The position numbers and the translations under genes were made by a program. A DNA stretch of 64,000 bases from Octopus sinensis (lineage: Eukaryota). The notes beneath the pieces were generated by a model that did no database searches, was not told the DNA's origin, and was given only the letters and a program-made list of their open reading frames with translations. The DNA is taken from assembly GCF_006345805.1 (NCBI RefSeq), contig NC_043006.1, positions 62,434,001 through 62,498,000 of the forward strand. Direction: 5' to 3'. Positions 39,581-51,059 of the stretch are shown piece after piece. The stretch's first letter is position 1, and every line of letters begins with the position of its first letter.

Positions 39581-40459
39581 GAGAAATATATATTTTATTT
39601 ATCGACACTGAAATGATGACAGGTAAAATTTACCTTGGCAGTATTTGAACTCACTTTACAAAAGATGACAGGGCGGCAGCAATGTACTACCCATTCAACC
39701 AATTGACCACCATAATTGTCGCATACCAATTATTTAATTTTTACTTTGGTATTTTCTCTATATTTCTATTTTGTATCATATTTGCACTTACAAACACATT
39801 ATTCCTCTAACTTACATGGTATTATTTTCAACACAACTAGATTTTGGGCATTCTCGTTGCAGAATATTTTATTTGTTATAGTATGTAGAAAGTAGATAAA
39901 TTTCATTTTAATTGTTTTGGATATTCTGGATATTGATACACAAACATAGTTTTGGCGAAACACATTTCTTTATACTCCGTTCAACTTGCTACGCTTTCTT
40001 CATATGCACTTTATTTTATATGAGAAATTAATTTGCAGCATCTACTAAAAACAGGATGGATAACTTCAGAGATGACCATTTTTCGTAACCTTATGAAAAT
40101 CAGTTGGTTGCTAGTATTTCTTGGGAAATATGAAATATTTCTTTTTGCTAACGTTTGTTTTATAATTTACGTCAGTAGTAAAATAAGTGGTAAATCTACA
40201 CATACACATGCAGATACAAAGAGAGATAGGTAGTTAGGTAGGTAGGTAGTGATATGTAGGGAGGTAGGTCGGCGGGTACGTAGGTAGGTATGTATGAGCA
40301 CAGATGTTGGACATATATATACACAAACATATGTGAGTTGGATAGGTCAATGAGAGGAGCACAAGGATACGAAAACATATAATACGTACATATGTATACA
40401 TGGGCATACACACATGTGTACACGCATATACATACATAAACCATATGAACAGCCACGCC

Positions 40460-41000
40460 ATGGACAAGTTCCGGAGGAACTTAATAGAAATATTCAAGTA
40501 ATACGGTTTGTTAACATTGGTTACCACCAACATAACCATGATCGATTTCTTGGACGTAACCTTAGACCTGAAAACGGGTATGTACTACGCCTACATCATG
40601 CTCAATGACCAAACAGTATACGCCCACAACAGCTCGAACAATCCCCCTACCCCCGCTGTAATTAGAAACCGTTTTCAAGCATTAATAGAAGAATATCCAA
40701 GTACTCGGTCGATAGGGAGATCTTTAGTAGAGACGGCCCTCACTACAATAATGCTTTGGCTAGAAGTGGGTTCACTGAGTAGCTCGCACCACACACCAAC
40801 AGGATCAGTAAGAAGGAAATAATCTGGTTGAACCCTCTGCTCAGCCTAAAATGTTACATTAACATAGGAAGTAGCATCCTGTCGTTGATAAAGAATCATT
40901 TCCGCAGAGACCACATGTACTGCAACATCAATGTGAGATAACCCACACAACGTCAAGGTGAGACACTCCTGCTTAGACATCATCGCGCGCTTCAACAGAC
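40460..41000 (+). pseudogene. second Naiad-like PLE fragment (late RT/thumb)
   Basis: IDFLDVTLDLKTG.Y.AY...VY.H..SN.PP, YNNALARSGF, IW.NP..S.NV..NIG...L.LIKNHF, NVKV..SC. Confidence 0.8.
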
Positions 41001-41371
41001 ACAGAAATGAATCCGTGCAACCTCCAACCCCAAAAAGAAATACAAACTGGCCTACTGCTGTTACCTGATGTATGTCTTTCTGCTAAACTTCACGCCACTG
41101 GTCGCCCACAATCTGGACTAACCACCTTAGCATCAGCTACTACCCTAAACTGGCTGCAGTAAGGAGAGTGTCCCTCAACGACCTCCAAGAGCAGGGCCAA
41201 CAATCACCAACTCGCAACGTCAGCGTAGTCTGATCCACATGGCCTTGTGCACCCCGCAAAATCCTTGATTTTCTGTCAATATACGGTGAGTGCATGCATA
41301 AACAATCACGTATGAACACACACAAGCATCCAGTGTGCGTACACGCCTAATCACCCATATTTATACAGACC

Positions 41372-41622
41372 CATCATTCCAGGTGATCTGGAACTAAATT
41401 CTGTTTTTAAATGTCTTGTTTCGAGAGCTGCATTCGGTACGATTCGTTTATTTTTGGTAGTAATGACTTTGAAAGTTCCTCCTAGCTTGTGGCATTTATG
41501 TGTAATAATGCCCTCTATATAATATAAATAAATATTTTCAAGTGAAAAAAATTTCAGATTTTTTTCTCTTATGGGGTTTTTCAATCTTGTTAAGATTTCT
41601 TATTAAGATTTTATCTTTAATT
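41372..41622 (+). repeat. partial copy of hammerhead repeat family B, starting at the 3' half of the ribozyme
   Basis: caggtgatctggaactaaattctgtttttaaatg..tgcattcggta..tttttctctta..aagattttatc matches the reverse complement of 8314-8538. Confidence 0.8.
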
Positions 41623-41631
41623 GTTAGGCGC

Positions 41632-41670
41632 AAGGCGCAGGAGTGGCTGTGTGGTAAGTAGCTTGCTAAC
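41632..41670 (+). mobile_element. SINE family 2 head (A-box part), split by insertion
   Basis: aggcgcaggagtggctgtgtggtaagtagcttgctaac, which continues at 43935. Confidence 0.9.
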
Positions 41671-43919
41671 ACACATGCGCAGTTAGTCAGTTCCTTCCTG
41701 TTCAGCCAGAGTGGACGCGAGTCAACCAGCTCCGTCCAATTAAAGAAAAAATACCAAAAACGGAAAGTTGTCGAGGTAAGTGATTTTGTTTATTGTGAGT
41801 TGGGCATAATTTATTGCGTGCCAATTATTATTTCAGTAAGTTGTGTCCAACTCTGAGACAATTTCGCCTGCTCTCGGCGGCTGCCGTTTTTGTGTTCATT
41901 GAAAAAAAAAGAAAAAACAGTGGAGGGGCGTATCCTCGGAATTCAATACAGTTACTTTTAAAATTACCGTTGGCGGTAGCCAGTGCTGTGTTTGGGTTTG
42001 TTGAATTTATTCCCTTGTCAGAGTACTTCGCAAGAAAATTATAAAAATAAGCCACTATTGGATTACCTTTCGGACCCATTTTTGTGGAATTGTGTTGCAG
42101 TTGCGGCGTTCCAGGTTCAACCCAGGCCGGGAGTACCGCAAGGCCAGAATATTTTTGCTGTGTTTTTTCTGTTTATTAACTTTCTTTTGAACTTCATTTT
42201 AACCCCCCCTTTTGTTTTTTTTCTTTATTGCGACTTTCCGTTGATTTCTTCCCTTCTGTTGTGCTTTCTCCTTTTTGCTTTTTCAAAAATCTATCAAATT
42301 TTATTTGGACTTTTGAACATTTTTCTTCTTGCTTTTTGAGTTTAATTTGAATATATTTAAAAAAAACATGGCAATGAAAAATAACAAAATTTTGGAGTGG
42401 GAAATCATACCACCCAAAAAGTGGTTAAAAGACCGTGAAGATAGGACGGTGGTGTTGAGAACCTACTCCAAGGCACTCGACACCATCGCCCTATTCGAAA
42501 AGACGGCAATTGAAAAGGAGTTGGAAGAGTATTTGCCAACAAGTAAATTCATTTCCAGGGGTGTCAAATATGCAACGGTGTGGTTGCTATTTGACACCCC
42601 TGAAGAGGCTTGCAAATTTGCTAGCAAACCCCTGGAGGGTAAGGAAATCTTATTCCTGCCCACGTACAAAAAAAAAAGAAATTAATGAAAGCTTGGATTT
42701 GCGGACTGCCACCCGACATAGAACCCGAGTGGATAGAGGAGACTATCCGCCGGGGTCTGGGTGGCAGCGAAACTAAGCTCCTTAATGTAAAAGTTCTTCC
42801 TGCGGCTGCTTGGGTTGGGTCAAAAGCAATTTTGACCCTGTGGACCCAATCAGCCAATGTGGTTCTTCCAGAATTTTTGAAAACGGCCGGGTGCAGGTAC
42901 CCGGTGATGCTTGAGGGTCGCCCCCCTAAGTGTCATCGGTGCTTGGAGTCCGGCCACATAAAGAAGAACTGTCCCCGGGAACAAAATAGGATCCCGGAAG
43001 AGTTAAGTAAAACCCCTCTAGAAGAGGGAATGATAACGACCGAGAAAGCAGAGGACTCCTCAAACAGAGGCCGAATGAGGAAGGTGAGCAACAATGGGTG
43101 CTCACCAAAGGATAATAGGGATGAGGAGAGGAAGGCGAATCTTCCGGCCACGGAGGAGACGCACCCTCCCTCAGTTGAAAAGGGAAAAAAAAGAAAAAGA
43201 GGAAGAAAAACGGGACATTGCCGGCTGTCAGTGACATAGCACCGGAATGTCCCGGAACTACGTCGGTTGGGGTTGTGCCACCGATCAGAGAAGGAATACC
43301 GTTGGCGGGAACTGTGTCGCCAACGAAAGAACTATTGGTCCTCTTCTATAGAGGAGGTGAAATTGAAAAGGTGATGGAAGAGCACCACAAGGGAGCACCT
43401 TTAGCCTTCACACAGGACCCCGAATGGCCTCCGCAGGTAGCTGTGGAGGCCGTGGCGTTCGACGTGACGCTTGGGCTAAAGGAGCTCAATGAAGATTATA
43501 ACTTGGTCCCGGGCGACGCAAACTCGGAACTTGATTACGTTCTGAGGGAGGCGTGGTTGATGGTGGAGGGCGCGGGCACAAGCTATTTCGAGGACGATAT
43601 GTAATTATTGAACTGTTATTATTAGTAATGGACTGCTAAGTCCAAAAATTGAAAAATTGTAAGAGGTTTAATACCTCGTTTTGTAATAATGGACTGCTAA
43701 GTCCAAAAATTGGAAAAATTGTAAGAGGTTTAATACCTCGTTTTGTGTTTATCTTTAAAAAGAACAATGTTTTAGAGAAGCGAATGTCGGCGGGCGCTTT
43801 TTGTCTTCTCCCATCCTTATCATCTTTCTTTCATTATCATTCACTTCATTAATGTCCTCGTCCAGCCCGCAAAGCTCACTTAATCTGTGTACTGCCTTTA
43901 TGGCAAATGTTTTGAAATA
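41671..43919 (+). mobile_element. ORF1-only non-LTR-type retroelement flanked by a 15-bp TSD
   Basis: aagtagcttgctaac at 41656-41670 and 43920-43934. It has a ~700-bp 5' UTR, an ORF1-like ORF, a 315-bp 3' region ending in AATAAA, and no endonuclease or RT. Confidence 0.88.
42368..43604 (+). CDS. L1/Tx1-type ORF1 (gag-like) protein, RRM-like region plus CCHC knuckle, ~412 aa after restoring one A in each of two A-runs
   Basis: ISRGVKYATVWLLFDTPEEA, KAWICGLPPDIEPEWI, YPVMLEGRPPKCHRCLESGHIKKNC (CX2CX4HX4C at 42931-42972). The -1 breaks fall at A10 (42668-42677) and A8 (~43185-43192). Confidence 0.8.
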
Positions 43920-44050
43920 AAGTAGCTTGCTAACCAACCGCATGGTTCCGGGTTCAGTCCCACTGCGTGGCACCTTGGGCAAATGTCTTCTGCTATAGCC
44001 TCGGGCCGACCAATGCCTTGTGAGTGGATTTGGTAGACGGAAGCTACCAA

Positions 44051-44084
<34 letters not shown>

Positions 44085-44308
44085 TTGTGTGTGTGTGTTT
44101 GTGTGTGTGTGTTTGTCCCCTAGCATTGCTTGACAACCGATGCTGGTGTGTTTACGTCCCCGTCACTTAGCGGTTCGGCAAAAGAGACCGATAGAATAAG
44201 TACTGGGCTTACAAAAGAATAAGTACAGGGGTCGATTTGCTCGACTAAAGGCGGTGCTCCAGCAAGGCCACAGTCAAATGACTGAAACAAGTAAAAGAGT
44301 AAAAGAGT
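43920..44308 (+). mobile_element. SINE family 2, remainder (B-box, body, tail)
   Basis: caaccgcatggttccgggttcagtcccactgcgtggcacc..gactaaaggcggtgctccagc..actgaaacaagtaaaagag. Confidence 0.92.
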
Positions 44309-44878
44309 ACATATATACACACACACATATACGCACCTCTCCGTTCATTCGGCTATTCCATGTTTCGTTGAAGACAGGCTCCGTTAGGGACCTGCGCACC
44401 TTGAAGTAGTACGAAATCCGAATTAAACTGTTTTAAATAACGTCTTTGTGTGTGTGTGTTTGTGTATGTGTATGTGTGTGTGTGTGTGCGTATATACGCA
44501 ATTCTATACTTTTGCTAGTTAAACTCTAAGACTGCGGCTGAACTGAGTCACTACTTTAAGGAGTTCAGTCCACCAACACGACGCCGGTCCGTTTCTTCTT
44601 CAGAATCCCTAAGCTACGAAGCCTAAAAGGTATCAACACCGGTTGCGAATGTTTAAAACAAATGCAAACAGAAAGAATCACATAGACACACATACAAATA
44701 CATGCCCACATACACATGCATATATACACACACACATGCATACATAAATAGATATATATGTATATATTATGTATATGTATATTTCATGTATATATATATA
44801 TGTGTATTTTTTCATATATATACATATATAAATACATATATACATATAAAGACATATATATATATATATACATATAAA

Positions 44879-44921
<43 letters not shown>

Positions 44922-46971
44922 TGTGTGTGTGTATGTATGTATATATTCACACACACACATTCACAACAAAAGTTAAAATGATTAAAAAGTATAAACACCT
45001 GAAAACACACTTGACGGCAAAGTTCAAACAAAACATTACCAGTTACATTAATAAAAGATTACATGAAAGAACATTTACAATAGGAATCGATAGAACACCT
45101 ATCGACTTGATGCCATCCTCAATCAATCGAGTTGCTAAGGAACACATACGAAGCATACTAAATCCCGACTTTTCGACATTCAGTCATTTACTATACTGTG
45201 CTGTGGTTAACCATTCGCAAACGGTTAACTGTACACAACTAGATGGCACAGCCACAATTTATCAACTTACTATGGACACAAATGTATAGACTCAGAAAAA
45301 TATTGAACATCAAGATGCTAACATCAAGTGGAGGGGGAATAATTATTTCTTGAACAACCAGCTGCGAATTTTCTATAGATTATCCAAAGTCTACCTGATA
45401 TATGGTCAAGATAAACTAACAGCTAGGCTAATTGCCTTTAAACAGCAGCAAATTGAAAACCTAGAAGGTTTGTACAAGCCAATGAGCCCACAAATGAGTG
45501 GCAAGTTGTATTCATTTGCATGGGATACCTTAAATGAAAATACGACTGAGCAATAATGTGGTCAAAGGCGACTCGGAATGAGTAATGTGAACACGTTTCT
45601 CCCAAATATCATATGAATAATGAAATTCTCCCGGTGGTTATTGCAAAACAACCAAACAAAAAATCATCTGGAAGGTACAGAAGCTCGTTGCACAGGGTAT
45701 CCACAACAGCCCTCGTTAATTTGTTCAAAATAAGGAGTACTAACCCCCTTGAACTCAATTAGACTAGCTAAAACTGAAATGTATAGTAGCTAAACATCAG
45801 AAGCATTAGCCGAAATAATACAAGCCCATATTCTAAAGAACTATTTATCTTAGACACATATTTGTTTTACCATAACAAATATATGCAAATGTATAGAATC
45901 TGTCGACATAGAAACTTTTTATGTAAGCTTTTATGTTCAAGAAAAACTCGCCCTTGTTAATTAACATACGCCCATCACCAGATGATTCTGCTAGTTAATG
46001 ACAAGTTGCGTTTGCGAAGATTTGAATTAACAATACATCTGGCATCGATAAGATACTTCAAAGGCGATGCAAAGTGATTGGTGATGATATGTTCAAGAAC
46101 CATTGCATATTTGTTGAAGGATTTAACATATATTAAAATTTATGTTATTTGTTATTGTTATTTAGCGATTTCCAGGTAAAAAATTTAGGGCAGCATTTAT
46201 CGATTAATAATTATATTATGCCGATGGCAAGAAATTCGAAATAGTTTACTTTCAAACATGTGTTTAAAAGGTATCTGTATATAACTGATATAAAATAAAC
46301 AAAATCCAATAAAGCAGTAATTATACATTCTTCTATGTATGAGAGAGCTACTTATTGCATGGTCTTGTAAGTATAATTTCATAAACTAAAATGGAAGAGG
46401 AAGATATAGATGCACTGAGATAATATGTAAATTGAGTTGAGTGATATTATGTTGATAATTACGAAAGAAATCTTACAAATTTGTAAGTGAAATTATGTGT
46501 TTTGTAGATTCTTCATTATTGGATATTCCCTAAAGAAATGAAGTAAGGATGTTAGAAGCTCCATCGATACAGATTTATGGTCGGAATTATATGCAAGCCA
46601 AGTAGATGTATCATGGTATATGTTTACCGCATAATGAATTTCTCAAGCATTGTTAATAAATATGTCAACACAGCTAAATCATTAAACGGAGAATTTAAAA
46701 CGATATTTAAAATGTTATCATTTGTCTTCAGTTATTATTGGCGAAGATATTATGTGTTTCACATCAAATCACGTTAAACAAGTTAAAAATATAGATATTA
46801 TGGGAAGAAATTAAGAGAAATACTTAGAAAATATATAATAAATATGTTATAGGGATAATAAATGCTGCATAATCATATACACTGAAATCTTATCAAGTGA
46901 TACAAATATAACTAATAATAGAATGATTAGATGAAGAGGAGTTTAGATAGGATAATAATATTAATATTCGT

Positions 46972-47200
46972 CAGCGGGCGAGGTGGTCGAAACGTTAGCA
47001 AGCAAGGTGAAATGTTTAGCGGTATTCCGTGTGCCGTTGCGTTCTGAGTTCAACTTCCACGGAGATCGAATTTGCCTTTCATCATTTCGGTGTCGATTAA
47101 ATAAGTACCAGTTACGCCCTGGGGCCGATGTAATCGACTTAATCCATTTTGTTTTGTCCCCTCTATGTTTAGCCCCCATGTGGCCAATAAAGAAATAAAT
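46972..47200 (+). mobile_element. SINE family 1
   Basis: gcgggcgaggtggtcgaaacgttagc..gttctgagttcaacttcc..aagtaccagttacg. Confidence 0.8.
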
Positions 47201-49352
47201 ATTAATATAACTCTTCTGGTCGAACTGATGTTGAGTAACAAGAAGGAAAGTATGTCCTATAAAAATGTTCATATTAGGGACGATAAATTGCACAGTAGCT
47301 ATGGTTCTTAATGATGGGTGCACATTGTAAAAATAAGATGTTCACCAGCATTCAATGGGATACGGGTTCCTAGCAACTGTAATACATCATTGGCTTATGT
47401 CTGTTAACAAAGACTCATGGCTTTGTAGAAGGAAAGAATTTGGATGACTATCAGGGAAACTTTTTATGAATTTCGACGGGCCAGACTTTACATACTGCAT
47501 TTGAGGTATACAACATCCTTAAACTACAATACAAGCTCGAACACAAGGCCACGTGATAGTCGAAAGTTTGTCTTTAAATTTAAAAGCAAACACGTTGTCA
47601 CCATCTGCTTACAGTTAACATAGTTGCCAACACTTTAGACACATTTTATCACCATCATGTTTCAATCTAAATATTATCTAAGGAACTACTTACGATATTA
47701 CATTATCACATTAGACAAAAAAATGTTTGCAACCTCATTACATACATATATTGAATTACTGCCTTGTCATAAAGAATTATCACCATCGCATCAGATGCAG
47801 ATAGGATCCCTATTTCATCACACCAAAACAATGTCACAGTTAACTTACACCTAAACATTGTCTCCCATCAGTTGGACACGAAAACTGACTTCATCGCATT
47901 ATACCGAAAGATTGTTGCCATCACTTTACACGCGAATATCGTCACCACCACGTTTTACTCGAACAATGTTGCCATTTACAGACAGACATTGTCACCAGCA
48001 CTTGATAGTAAATATCGTAGCCAACACATTATCACTAAACATCGCTGCCATCATATTATCTCCAAATATGGTCGCCATCAATATACTCCGAAATATTTTA
48101 ACCAAAGCTTTCCACCGAAATATTGTCTCATTCAAAACAGATTCAAATGTTGTCGCCTTTGCGCAGTATTTAAAAGTTGTCTTCCAAAAGTAGTAAAAAT
48201 GTTTTTTCAGTTATACATACTACAGTTATACATATTACAATCCGTTATAATATTACAATTAACTGAAAAATAAAAACCGTGATGTAATTGTTGCAAAACA
48301 TTGAGGACAGTTTTAACATTTCTAACATTTCGAATTATTAGGAGAAAATATCTTTATTATGAATATGAATGTCTTGACTAATCCTTATAACAGCATATAA
48401 AATATACTTGACTATCAAATTGTATATGTGGATTTAAAAGTATATCTAGGTTCTATACTATATTTTCGATTTATTGGCTAATGATTGCCCTCCTTTTTAA
48501 ATAACACGATATGTATCATTGTTTTAACTTACACAATGAACTTCTAATGATATAAAACGAAAATGTCAGTTATGTATAGCCGGAATGTCAATTATGTCAA
48601 TCTTAAAAAGACATGTCTGAGTGTGTGTGTGTGGGGGGGATCAAATACATGTGTATGTGTGTAGCGTTCTCGTAATCAGGTTTGCAACGTTCTGAAAGGA
48701 TGTTCACTAAAATTACTTTTCTACAAATCCCGTTTATATGAGCACAGGTATAAACGCTAAACCTAAAATTAATCTTCAAATGTTGCGAAAGAATTCATTC
48801 TGAAAAACCTTCCTATATTATTTAAGATGACAATTCTTCGCCCTAAAATCATAAATATAATACGGTAAAAGCATTCGAGGAGTTGTTTTGAGGAAAATGT
48901 TTTCTTACGCATATGCACTTAACCTATACTTATGTAGCTTACGTGGGCCATCAACTCCTTCTGGTGTCGTTGCGCACCGACATGATTTTGGCACTTGGCA
49001 TTTCGAGACATGCCGGAGCTCATCCTATAGGTAGGTTTTCCAGAAGAGAGTAAGTCAGACAAACACGAAGAAAGATTGACGAGGAAAGAGAAGAATGAAC
49101 TCCTCTAAATGACTAGAATTTTATTTGAAAATTAAATTCAGAGCGTGGGAAGACGCAACAATTAAGGCTGAGCAATCGCGATTCAGCCGAGACACAGACA
49201 CAAACACAAATATACATATATATGCATGTATATAAGTATACACACACAGATAAACACCCACACACACACATATATGTGTATGTCCATAAATGTTTAGGTA
49301 TATATACACATGTTTTTTGGGTTTTTTTTGTAAATATATATATATATAATAT

Positions 49353-49387
<35 letters not shown>

Positions 49388-49414
49388 TTAATTTAAATCT
49401 CTGACTGCGCTTCT

Positions 49415-49602
49415 CTATATATAAGTGCAGAAGTGTTTCAGTGTGGTAAAATGCTTGCTTCAAAACCACATGGTTCCGGTCCACTCTTCACGGCGTGGCA
49501 ACTTGGGCAGTTTTCTATTATGGCATTGGGCCGACCGAAGCCTTTTGAGTGGATTTCGTGGATGGAAACTGAAAAAAAGCTTGATACATGTGTGTGTGTG
49601 TG
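49415..49602 (+). mobile_element. diverged SINE family 2, 5' half (split by CR1 insertion)
   Basis: gtgtggtaaaatgcttgct..ccacatggttccgg..gggccgaccgaagcc..ggaaactgaaa; the 3' half resumes at 50780. Confidence 0.75.
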
Positions 49603-50779
49603 TTTAGTTAGTTAGTTAGTTAGTTAGTTAATTTGGCTCAAAAGCAAATAGCAAGGCCATGTAGGGGGACATGGAGTTAAGTACAGGGTGGTGTTCATGT
49701 AAAGAGTTCAGGCCACTTGAGGTCCAGGGAGGCTTTGAACAAAGCGGTCGTCGGCATCTTCACCATCTCGTCTGGCAGCTTGTTCCACGGATCCGCAACC
49801 CGGACGGAGAAAGCTCCTCTCCTTCGATTGAGATGAAATCGTCGCAGGTAGAGCTTTTCGGAATGACCCCGCAGCCGACGCTCTGGAGCAGGAGTGAAGA
49901 ACAGCTCTTTCGAGAGGTTACACTTTCCGCTTATGATGTTGTGGGCGAGAATGAGATCACCACGGCGGCGGCGTTTTTCAAGAGAATAAAGGTCGAGCGT
50001 CCTCAGCCTTTCTTCGTAGGACAAATTTTGAGACCATGCACCATGCGGGTAGCCAGCTTCTGGACTCTTTCGAGATGCTGTATGTCTTTGAGGAGATAAG
50101 GAGAAGAGGCTTGAGTCCCATACTCCAATATGGGTCTCACCAGCGTGACATAGAGTGGTAGGAATATGGCTGCTGTGAGCATTCCGAATGACCGTCGAAT
50201 CAAGAACAGAATTCCGCGTGCTTTGTTGGCAGCATGGACGCACTGGGCCGAAGGCGAAAAGGAGGAATCCACCAAGATACCCAGGTCCTTTACCTGATCG
50301 GTCCTCTCCAGCAGCAGACGACCCGGCTCGAAATCAAGTTGAGTTGCAGGAGTAGAGCCGACAGGCAGATGACAGCACTTTGACACGTTCAGACACAGGT
50401 CCCAATCGTTAGACCACTTCCAAATTTGGTGGAGGCATCGACGAAGATCCTCTATATTACCGCGAGGAGCGACCAGTTTGATATCGTCGGCAAATAGAAG
50501 GGTGTGTTGCGTGAGGTCGTCGGGCAAGTCATTTATGAAGACTAAGAACAACAAGGGCCCAAGCACTGAACCTTGAGGCACGCCACTGCTCGCACTGGAG
50601 ACGTCGGACCGCGAACCATTAACTTGGACTTGGAAGGAGCGATCTGAGAGGAAGGCACCAACCCATCGTACAATATCCGGATGGAAACTATATGCTTGAA
50701 GCTTGACAAGTAGTAGGCGGTGGTTTACCGAGTCAAAAGCTTTGGCAAAGTCCAATAAAACGATGTCAACAGCACGCGT
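49603..50779 (-). mobile_element. 5'-truncated CR1-clade LINE, young, with 3' stem-loop and (TAAC)n tail
   Basis: DFAKAFDSVNH, GVPQGSVLGPLLF, LLFADDIKL, LVRPILEY, LERVQKLATRM, RRRGDLI, FSVRV...WNKLP. It has one frameshift near 50025, a ccatgt/acatgg hairpin at 49657-49674, and a (taac)n tail at 49603-49630. Confidence 0.95.
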
Positions 50780-50997
50780 GAATGTGTGTATGTGTGTGCG
50801 CCTTTGTGTGAGTATTTGACCCCGCCGTCATTTGGCAGCTAATCGTGGTGTGTTCACGATCTTGAAGCTTAGTGATTCACCAGATCAACAGAATAATTAC
50901 CAGGCATTAAAATGAAACGCCGGGGACGATTCGTTCGACTTCATTTATTCAAGGCGTTTCCTAGCATGGCTGTAGTCTAATGACTGGAACAAGTAAA
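50780..50997 (+). mobile_element. diverged SINE family 2, 3' half
   Basis: tggtgtgttcacg..cttagtgattc..ctagcatggctgtagtctaatgactggaacaagtaaag. Confidence 0.7.
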
Positions 50998-51007
50998 GCG
51001 GCATATC

Positions 51008-51041
<34 letters not shown>

Positions 51042-51059
51042 AATATGTATATACATATA

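Noticed and set aside
41770-42110. Splice-donor-like gagGTAAGT (41776) in the 5' UTR of the ORF1-only element
   Set aside because: A single consensus hexamer is not enough, and an efficiently spliced intron would have been lost on retrotransposition.
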